A DNA stretch of 63,430 nucleotides, counting the filler. It is 13 parts of 13 records of this genome, joined end to end, with 100 filler letters (N's around TTAATTAATTAA, not from the genome) between each part and the next. Parts side by side here need not be neighbours in the genome. Positions count along the whole stretch, not along the records: positions 49,590 to 54,527 come from SRR7504441_4253; positions 54,628 to 57,678 come from SRR7504441_4254; positions 57,779 to 63,430 come from SRR7504441_4255; 10 more parts are not named here. One strand, 5' to 3'. Made by a program: the position numbers and the translations under genes. Positions 53,888 through 63,430 of this stretch are shown here, in pieces. The notes under the pieces were generated by a model. That model did no database searches. It was given only the letters and a program-made list of their open reading frames with translations, and was not told the origin of the DNA. Numbering within the stretch: position 1 is the stretch's first letter; the number at the start of each line of letters is the position of its first letter.

Positions 53888-54883
53888 ATGCTGATGCACT
53901 CACCAGCTATACCATTAATTTTGATTAAAGCCTAGTCAAGCCGTGTTAAGATTACATCATGATGTAATCATGATGGTTATGTTATGAGATTTCGTGATAA
54001 AATGATTGCCCACTTGAAGTCACATCAAATGAAGCAAATACACGTACGTCAACAAAAGACACAAAGACATGGCTAAAGCGACTCCAATGAAAATGCTGCG
54101 ATCCTCGGCCACCTTACTCGCTGTGTATGCATCTGGCGCATGCCAGAATCAAGGACTAGTTACGGGCGACAATTATGAGAGGTCCTACCAGCGTGGCGTG
54201 ATGCCTTGCGCTCCCTCGCCAAGTACACTGGCCCCTGCAGAGGATCCCGCTCCTGCCCCTACAGTTGCCCGACAGAGTGACCCTAACCCATCACCTCCTG
54301 CATTGCGTTTTCATTAAAGTCCACAGCTCTCTGTACGCTCTCTTTCATCCCTCTCCTGATCCGCCAGCACCCTCAGCCGAGCCCTGCCTATCTACCAGCT
54401 CACTTAGTGTAGTCTGCACTGGGCCGCACTGCGCGCTGGATCATGCCATTCTCGATTCCTGTCGACACAGCGCTGCAGCTCAAGTCTCTGGCCGTGTCGC
54501 ACCCGCAAACTTCAGTGTCAACGGATTNNNNNNNNNNNNNNNNNNNNNNNNNNNNNNNNNNNNNNNNNNNNTTAATTAATTAANNNNNNNNNNNNNNNNN
54601 NNNNNNNNNNNNNNNNNNNNNNNNNNNTCTCGGCCTCGCGCGCAATTATCGCCCTATGATTATACACGCGTACATGATTGTTACAATCAATGAATCAAAA
54701 ACATCTATCGAGTCAGTACATGTAATAAAACCTTACTAGAAACTTTTTAATGGATATAGTTTGTCATGATATACTTGGTAAATAATTGTCAAATTATCTT
54801 CTACTGTGCACACCGGTTCTGTTACGGTTCTGTAACAATCGGTGAACTTGAGCAAAATCGTTCAGCCGGCTCCAGGTGTGGAA

Positions 54884-57678
54884 TCAAAGCCTCTCACCAT
54901 AGTAAGTCACTAGCAAATGGGCTCTGTCCTTATCATTCGGAGATGTCATGGTTGGCCGCTCCTTCAACAGCTTGGTACTAGGTGAACGGCGCGTGACAGA
55001 CGGGCTGGACACCCCAGACCGCAACATCTGAGAAAATGCGCTCAGCTCTGGTGATGGTGGGTCGTTCTTTAGACCATTTTCCGGGGATCTCATAGGGGAT
55101 TGGTGCGATACAGGCGACTGGAACGTAGACTCCGACAGCCTGTCATCTAGTGCCGCCTTGGACCGAGCATCCTCTTGAATCTTCATCCTACGATCAAAGG
55201 CATCTTGCTGGTCCTTGGTACAGGAAGTGTTCCAAGGAGAGCGAGGAGCGGATGGGCTTGGAGAGGCCACACCCCCTTTGACATCCAACTTTTTGACTAG
55301 CCACCGTGCAATCCACGCCACGTTCCCACTCCACACCACAGGCTCCCCTTTCTGCAGGAGTACCCTTTGAATATCCTCCTCATTTACCGACTGCAGTGCG
55401 CCCAGCAGCTGCCCCCATCCTTGAGCCTCGCACCTGCCACACAGAGTCAGTCTGGGTCGAGCACAGCGGTGCACACGGACCTGCGATGCTTCATGATCGG
55501 CGCCAGCACGCTTCTCTCAGTCTTCCGGCCTAGGGGGATCAAATTGAATTCCTTCGTCAACCGATCCACTTGCTTGAGCGCCTGCTTGTGCACTGCTTCC
55601 ACCTGCTTGGCGTCCATGTCCTCCGAGCTCACCGCAAATTCAATTTCGGCGTCTTCCCGCCAGGCATCAGGCGAGGAGGGCCCGGGGAGCTCCTTGTCAT
55701 CTTTGACTGGACTCGGCTGGGGAGAGTGGACTGCAGGGTCCATTGGGTCCCATACCTACACCACAAGCTCAGTCTGGCCACTTAACCAGTCAGCGGACCG
55801 GCCCAAGCATCATACTGGCGTGAGTGTCCAGCGCGTGTGCCGTCTCACGAGCTTTGTACTTGTACATGTATTTGTATTTGTACTTGAGGTTCCATCGGTC
55901 GAGCACGTCTTGGTCCACATCTCCAATGCTGGCCTCATCGAGAGACATGTGCATCGCTGCTAGCTCCTGCTCACAAACCTCCGACAGAGCGTCGCGCTGA
56001 TCTTCCAAAGGCAGCCCGGATGGGTTGCTCTTGGAGCTGTGCTTGGCTCGGCTCAAGAAGCCATGCACTTTCTTGAACACAGTCCACCTCGAACTCTTGG
56101 CCAGCGGCGTGGCCACAGAAGTGCTTGGCGGTGGCTCCACGGAAACTACTTCTTGGAGCTCCTCTGCCTCGAGCTCCTGAAGCTCGGTCCGGGCCTTCTC
56201 TTCAGCCGCCTGCTCTGTGACCATTGCATCGCGCGCCTCCTGGATTGCAGCACGGTGCTTCTTCACCAGTATCTCCACTGCATTCAATCGGCCTGCAGCA
56301 GTCGCCTCGATGCTCTGAGCCTTATCCAACGCCAGTTTAGCTCTCTCTAATTCGAGCTGCTCTGTTTGCAGCTGCTCCTCACGAGACACCCGCATTTCCA
56401 GCTTGTCGGAGTGCAGGAGCTTGGCACGCTGGGCTGCTTCCTCGGTCTGCGAGTCAAAGTTCTGCAGGCTCAGCTGGTGTAATCGGCTTGCTTCTTGCTC
56501 TGCGGCCTCGGCCTCCTTTTCGGCCCCAACCAGCCTCTCACTGGCCATATCGACAGCCCACCGACGCTTGTTGTACGCCTCCTCGCGCATCTCTGTTCCT
56601 CGCTGGGCCAAACCATGCCTCTGCTTGGCCTTCTCCTGGTGCTCCAGAGTGGTCTTTTCAGCCCGTTCAGACACTTTGGCTTTCAGCTCCCACTCCTCTT
56701 GCTTCCTCCAGTGTTCGGACACCCAGACTGACTTGGTGAGCCTGCCAAGCATCTGCTGGAACCGTCTGCAGGCCGCCTTTGCAGCGAGCAGCTTTTTGAG
56801 CGCAAAATCGGAGTCTGCTGCCTGCTTCTGGGCAGCCTTGGTAGACCGATCACGCTTCTGACGAGCAGCCTGGTGCTTCTTGACTGCGGCGTCATACTTC
56901 TCCTGGGCACCTTTGAGTTTCTCCTGCTCCGCTTCGTGGTCCTCCTGGTGCCCCTCCTCGAGGTCTTTGATCTCTGCCTGCAGCTTGTCGGCCTCGTGGT
57001 TCATGTTGGCCAGAGCAAACGTCTCATACTGCCCTTGCATCTGAAGCAGCCGGGTAGACCGAGCGGCGGACGAAGTGTTGACCTGCTTTGAGATTGCATC
57101 CAGCATCCGCTCCTTCTTGCCACTCTCTTCCGCTGCCAGCCTCAGCTCATCGTCGTCTTCGAGCTTTTCCTTCTCAGCCTCTTCTGCCTCAGCAGACCGC
57201 ACCATCAGGTCAGCGTTGCACTCCTGCTCGTGCTCCTTGGCAGCAGCCAGGTCGATCTCACACTGCTCCTTCTCTGCCAGCAGGGTGTCCAGGTGCAGAA
57301 TAGCAGAGTTGTGCGTGGTTTTGAAGCTCTCTTCGTGCAGGTCGTTGTACTCTAGCGTGTGAAGCTTGCCTGCCTCGTCGGCAAGGCAGCCTTGCCCATG
57401 CCTCTCGCCGCAGTAGTAGCCACCCTCGAACACCGACCCATTCTCTCCGGCATCGATATCTTGTCGCTTGACATACCTGCGAGCCACCAGGTGAGCCGTT
57501 CAGATACTGGTGGGCAACTCACATGCCGTGCCCGTGCATCTTGCCATCCTGCCACTCACCATCATAAAAGTGTCCAGCATGCGGGCCCAGCTTCCAAGTC
57601 ATGGTACCGTGCCCGTTCCGTTTGCCGTCCACAAACCAGCCTGTGTAGACACCATTCCCGGAGGTCATCGTCCCATAG
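54884..57678 (-). CDS. MORN-repeat plus coiled-coil protein, 5' truncated
   Basis: YTGWFVDGKRNGHGTMTW, YDGEWQDGKMHGHG, FEGGYYCGERHGQG, then a long coiled coil and a Ser/Pro-rich tail. Confidence 0.8.
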
Positions 57679-58369
57679 NNNNNNNNNNNNNNNNNNNNNN
57701 NNNNNNNNNNNNNNNNNNNNNNTTAATTAATTAANNNNNNNNNNNNNNNNNNNNNNNNNNNNNNNNNNNNNNNNNNNNCCGGAGCTACCTTTTGGAGGAA
57801 TCGGTCAAAGGAATTCCGCCAGCTCGTCCCCGTTCTTCGTTATTCTCTGTCCGTTGAGAGAGTCTGTTACTCGCTAGATTGCACACGAGCATGCGATATG
57901 ACCTTTATTTGTTCGGGCGTAAGGATACCCAGCTCCCAATTGGTAATACGAGTTACTTGTAGTAATTCATAAATGTGTTTAATTACTCAGTAGTTACTCA
58001 GTAGTAATGCATATGAGCCAGCCGACGCGCTTCGCCGGCATCCAGGCGGGGTCACCTTTATCGACAAGCCGTTGCCGTGAGTAATGCCATGTGTGCGCGT
58101 GCCAGACTGCTTTGATCTAGGCGGCCGCCTAATCAGGTTCATCCTTAGAATAAAGCACTCAGATAGGGCAACTAGTACATTGCTGATATTTTAATTTGCT
58201 CTTAGCCCTCTCTATTATCTCACCTCGCTCTACATGTATACCATTATAATAATATGACGACTAATTGCATTCCATCGAGCATCGCAACTTATGATAGAGC
58301 CTCACGGGCAGGACAGTGAACTCCCAGCAGCCTCAAGTGCCCTGATGATTTTGTGATCGTACCGATTTG

Positions 58370-59830
58370 TCAATCCGCGGCATTATCCTGCGGACGGGTG
58401 AGAGGCCAACGCCGGACTGGTTATATCACCATTTGGGAGACAATCTCCCAGCTGTTCGGGTCGTTGTACGACTGCTTCAGTAAGTAAACCTGGCCCGGTC
58501 GTCAGCGGGAACGCACGGTCGGCCTGCCTTGTTGTCCCCACACGACACTGCTAGAATCAACCCGGTAGTAGACCAGCTCACTCGCCACACAACCGCCGGA
58601 AACCCGACTTGGCACACCTTCCTGCAGCCCAGGCTCGCCCAACGGCACCCAGCCACGCGCCTGTAGCCGGTCGGCACTTGATTGGTATCCCGAGTCTCTT
58701 CCCAGAAGATGACAGTTGAATCCTGCAGCCATCTGAGTCGTAAGCACTGCCTGCGCCGGACCTGCCCTCCGCTGGCCAGTACGTTTTTAAGCATCGCGAG
58801 TCCCGGGGAATACGCCACGTCCCTCACCTGGCCAGCCGGGTGTCAAAACCCTCGCGGACGCCGGAGCGCACCCAGTCTGTGTGTCCAGGCTCCTGCTCTG
58901 ATGCCACGGGCCCCGCAGGCATTTGAAACATAGGCTCGAGCGTGTTGCCTGTCCACGACCAGATCTTCACCTTGTTGTCGCAGCCAGCTGACGCGACCAA
59001 CTGGGACTTGGGCGGCTGGGCTGGCCCTGGCAGCAGGCACGCCTGAGCCACACAGCACCCCCAGTGGGACACACCGCCCAGCTCCGCACCGACAGCACCA
59101 AATGGCGCCCAGGTCACTGCGTTACAGCCCATGTTGTGCGCCGCCGCCTGCTTGGGAGCCACTTGCCAGCCGACTGCCTCTGCAGCACGGCGGTCACGGT
59201 CGACAGAGGCTGACCGCACTACCTTTGTAGTGTATGACGGAGATACTCCCATCCGACGAACCGGCCGCTAGGGCCAGGCCGCACTCGTTTGGCGCCCACG
59301 CTATCGAGTTGACCTGCCCGCGAACCGGTAAAGGCCGCCATCGGTCGGACAGCCAGGCGCACCGATGACTCGTAGTAGTTCTCGCTGTCATAGACCGGGC
59401 TCCACTGCCCGGCTTGGCCTTCCTTCCAGATGATCACCTGCGGTGCGCGCGGTGGGCAATCGGGGCCAATGACCGGCGCACCTTGCGGTCGTACGAGCAA
59501 GAGGCCAGGATGTTTCCGAACTTGGGGTGGGCCCAGCTCACTTGCCACACCGGCCCGTCGTGCCTGCGCACCGGGCCGTCGATCACGTGCCGGGCTGGCT
59601 CACAGGGCGGCACCCTTTGAGCTGCGCGGTCAGCCGGTGCGACTGGCCCTCGTCGCCCTCCACCACGAAAATCTTGATGGTACGGTCTGAGGAGCACGTG
59701 GCAAGCCTCTTGCCGTAGTAGTCGAGCTGGGCGTCGTGCTGCCAGCCCCGGGGCCTGGTGAGCGCCGAGCCTGCGGAGGCGTGCGCACGATCATGTCCTC
59801 GTGTTGCGTCTCGAGCATCACGTTATTCAT
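58370..59830 (-). CDS. SEC13: COPII/nucleoporin WD40 protein Sec13, 11 introns of about 38-50 nt
   Basis: [73 protein letters not shown]...GDNK|V. Confidence 0.95.
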
Positions 59831-59929
59831 GCTTGCCGGCCTGCTTGCACGGCTCCGGCCGTGGCCCTGCTTCGACTGCGATAACGGAACCAACCGACCC
59901 GCCAAAGAGGGTGCAAGTTGGGGCGCTGC

Positions 59930-60835
59930 ATGAGCTCGCTGGCTGCGCTGTGCGCGGCGCGGCAGGCAGGCTGGATCTCCCGGCAGGAGTTCGAACAAGA
60001 GGCTGCAGTCCTCCGTTCCGCACCAAGCCCAGCCGCTGTGCGCGGCCCACCCGACCTCGATATCTCCCAGCTGGAGACGAAGATCGAGGCTGCGCAGACG
60101 AGAGGCGAAGAGTGGCGCGGTCGGTTCACCCACGAGCGCATGACCGCGCACGAGCGCATGACAGCCCAGATGCTTGCCCATGTGCGTGAGCATGCCAAGT
60201 CAATGACGCCCAGCAAGAGCCAACCGCCACTCAGCTCGGATTCAGAGCACACGGAGCGCATGGTGCGCCTACCCCTTCGGCCGGCTCAGCTGTGTGCAGG
60301 AAGAGCTGGACAAGACCTACGGCAGGAGAAGCAACCTTGCTGTACTGCAAGGTAAATCAGACTGCATCAAAACGTGAGCGGCTGCCACACCGGGCGAGGT
60401 TAGGGGCTGAGCCGGTAGGCCGCAGAGACACCCTGAAGGCTCACACGGACCTCAACGACTGCGAGGAGCTAGGACGATCTTCATGCGCCGATGTATTCTA
60501 GTGAGCTGGTCTGGCTGGCCTGAGCTGCTCCTGTGTCGCAGAACCTTGAAAGCGCGCAAAAGGAGGCCGCTGATTGCAACTTGTGGCTGGTCGGATCCGG
60601 CGAGAGATTTCGGGTTGAGCCTGGCTCATGCATGCATCGAGCGGTCCAGCTCGGGCTGGGAGGCTGCGCACTGGCCAAGCAGCCCACTATCAGGGAAGGT
60701 CTCCCCGCCTTGCTCAAGGGCCTGGAGGCCTACTATGCGTACCAACAGGAATGCGCTGCTCGACTCATAAAGGAAGTTGGTGCGACAAACGCGACAAACA
60801 ACGAGACGTATGATCATGTTCGATTGATCAGTTGA
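59930..60835 (+). CDS. Hypothetical multi-exon protein
   Basis: MSSLAALCAARQAGWISRQEFE start; pieces joined by short introns; HERMTA x2 tandem repeat. Confidence 0.5.
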
Positions 60836-61332
60836 TTAAGATTAAATCTGTAGACGCTATGGGTGCAAGCCTAGGGCAACTCGCGTATACATGTAGCGAG
60901 TTAGTCGAGTTGCAATCAAGTTACACATCTATGGGTCGTAGAGTTAGGCTGTTTTTATTATAAAACATCTCAAGATGGGCACCGTACGTACGGCCTTAGG
61001 GGCGTGCATGCGTACATGTATACACACGTGACAGTACAGTACACACATGCCCGTACACGTATGGGACGTGGGGACGAGTCTATTTGCCTTGGGGAGGCCC
61101 CGCTGCTCCATTCGTTTGAACCCGGAGTAGGAGATGCGGGCTCGACCGCAGCCGAAGTGGATGCCCCGCAGCCCATCGCTGGTGTATTGTGGGAGTCACC
61201 GTGCTGCGCCGCCCTTCGTCTGTAGCCTCAAATCAGTGCGCAGTGGGTACCTCGCTCCGCTCAAGCTGTTCCCGCCATCCTCGATTTGGCGACTCTAACG
61301 GAAACTCTGGCTTGCGCAATACACGTATTCTG

Positions 61333-61428
61333 GCAGAACCTTGCAAGCGCGAAGGCCAAAGGGAGGCCACGACGGCTAATTGTAACTTGTGGCCGGTCGG
61401 ATCCGGCGAGAGATTTCGAGTTGAGCCT
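61333..61428 (+). repeat. Diverged direct duplicate of 60538-60622
   Basis: Shared GCAGAACCTTG(A/C)AAGCGCG...AACTTGTGGC(T/C)GGTCGGATCCGGCGAGAGATTTCG(G/A)GTTGAGCCT, with small indels. Confidence 0.85.
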
Positions 61429-61510
61429 CAGTTTACTGATTCAAACATTGACTACTAGTTACTCGTATGCAAATCTACGTCAGTTCAACTACTACAAGTA
61501 GTTAGTATTG

Positions 61511-63321
61511 CTATTTGAGTGATTGATCCTCTGATGCATCCCACGAGGACGATTTGGCCGACAGCTCGTCCAGGTCGTATGCGAGCGACCCCTTTCCAGT
61601 GTACGCCGGGGGCGGGCTACTAGGATCAGTTGGCTCCGCCACGAGTGCGACTTGCACGTCAGCAGGCTCCAAGTACACCCCTGGACTAAGTGAGCTGCCA
61701 TCTTCCTCCTGCTGCGGCACCGCCTGCAAGCCTCCCTGCCCCCACATTACAACCCGCGGCTGGCGGCTGGCACCAGCTGAGGCTCCGTATCATACTCCGG
61801 CTCGTCCAATTCGATTTCGGTTGGGAGCCCGGATCGCCGCGCACTGTTGAGGCGACGGCAGATGAAATAGCCCAAGCCTGCCAGAGCCAGTACGCCTAAA
61901 CAGGCTCCTACAACAATCACAACCACCATCATGCCCGTCTCGCTATCATCTAGTTCGCTCTCATCGCCCCCGTCCGACGATTCGCTGATGTCAACCCCAA
62001 TTTGCAAGTCTACGGCCCCGGTTGGCACCACACCGCTGTAGCTCGTTGCAGCCAGATGGCCCGCCAGCAGTTGCGTGAACTGACTCGGGGCGGCCGCAAT
62101 CAGCTGCGCATTCGCTATCTCGGCCGCCGCGGCATCGGCGGTCTGCACCGCAGCGCCAATTGAGCCTGAGCGGCGCGTGGCTACGTGGGTGATTTGAATC
62201 CAGTCAAGGGGCTGCATTGTGATATTGCTCAGCGCAAACCTCACCGCGAGCTGAAAACTCGAGCTGCGGAGGTCCTCGAGTCTGATCGCCTGCGCGAACG
62301 AGATGGTTAGGCTGATTCCGGTCCCAGGACCGCTGGATCCGGGTGGCTGCGAGCAGAGCGGCGCTGCAAGAGCGCTGCTTGGGGCCGTGCAACTAGATCC
62401 GCCCTGCACGTGGCACTGGCCAGACGCGCAGCTGTAGCTCTTGCCAGCCATTGTGGCCCGAATGAAGTCAGTGTATTTCTCTATCCGGGTATACACTGCG
62501 TACCGGCCTGCTGCGCCGCAGGATGGCCCACTCGTGGGCAGTTCAGTGCCCTTGACCAGCACACCCAGCAGCCAGGACTGCCCGCCGTAGCAACCGAGTA
62601 TCGGGCTGCCGGAGTCCCCATGGCACGAGTCCTTGCCTTTCTACAAGCCACACACTCAGGCTGCGCTGCAGAGGCCAGTCACCCCTCCGTCGGTGCAGAT
62701 CACGTTATCATAATTGATCATTTTGTTCTTGACTGCCGACGGGTCCTGGGCCATGCAGGCCTGTTTTGAGACCGTCCGCACGTCTACTTTGCGCAGCTTG
62801 CCCGACCCATGGTGATAGGTGTGCCCCATCCCGATTAGCGTCACCTCGGAGCCCACAGGCAGCTGAGGCGTCCGATCCAGCCCGGCCACCGGGGCGTACG
62901 AATCTAGCTGGAACGGTTGCTCGAGCTCGGCGATGCACAGGTCGTCGTGGTCGTTGCAGCAGCTGATGAAGTAGCACGGGTGCGGGGTCCATTTTTTTAT
63001 CCTTCGGACCTGGCAGCTCGGGCTCGAAAGGTCTGTGCACCCGACCGTGATCTCGCTGCCCGATGCCGGGTAGTATCCGGTGTAGCTCGGCTTGATCACA
63101 CAGTGGCAGGCGGTCACCGCCCAGGTGGGGCCGATCAGCGCCGCCCCGCAACTGGTCCCGCGCCCGCCGATCCGCGAAAGCTGGGCAAACCACGGGTAGG
63201 CGGCTGGGTCGGTCACAGGCTCGCCACCAACTATCCGCCGGGTGTGCCCTCTACGCGTGGAGCCGGTGCAACAGGCCACCAGTAAGAGCAACGGCAGCAG
63301 GCCGCCAGCTCGCGCCGGCAT
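61511..63321 (-). CDS. Type I membrane trypsin-like (S1A) serine protease
   Basis: Signal peptide; RR|IVGG; VTACHC; DDLCIAEL; GKDSCHGDSGSP after a 42-nt intron; VYTRI; TM VVVIVVGACLGVLALAGLGYFIC; cytosolic PPPAY. Confidence 0.9.
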
Positions 63322-63430
63322 GTGGAAACACACGCAGGCAGATTTGCCAACGATAACGGACAATCGTATTTGCACCCCTCGAGAGCTCAAGCCCGAACTG
63401 AGCGTCGGCGCTCGCTGCGTTGCTCAGTGC

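Noticed and set aside
54069-54527. Short ORFs at the end of contig 11
   Set aside because: No motif or coherent splice model.
7375-57778. TTAATTAATTAA flanked by N runs, 12 times
   Set aside because: Artificial six-frame-stop linker. It is unrelated to the TTAA in the intron family, and gene adjacency across linkers has no meaning.
58370-59830. In-frame stops and frameshifts in conserved genes suggesting an alternative genetic code or pseudogenes
   Set aside because: They are resolved by short GT-AG or GC-AG introns under the standard code.

Overview
This window is not one locus. It is 13 short contigs (about 3-7.4 kb) joined by an artificial 100-nt linker (44 N + TTAATTAATTAA + 44 N). The DNA is eukaryotic nuclear DNA from a GC-rich, very compact genome, probably a flagellated heterotrophic protist (inference from Sec13, a BBS/CCT-like chaperonin, a DAP-pathway LysA and secreted hydrolases). 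Most introns are 36-50 nt GT-AG or GC-AG, genes mostly alternate in orientation, head-to-head spacers are about 30-110 nt, and tail-to-tail spacers are AT-rich. About 37 complete or partial genes can be read. The strongest signal is one gene (27392-29498, minus) with 13 introns in 2.1 kb. Eight of these introns are copies of one tiny TTAA-bounded element, present in both orientations, which points to an Introner-like intron-generating family. Two to four other introns of that gene appear to form a second, tandem-branchpoint family. Other notable items are a palindromic TACATGTA motif enriched downstream of stop codons, a GMC oxidoreductase / Zn-finger / DsbA-like fusion, a SIM + F-box-like + nucleotidyltransferase-like protein, and a LysA with a predicted tail anchor. 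No rRNA, tRNA or CRISPR array was recognised. All splice models and domain calls were made by eye from motifs; no database search was run.
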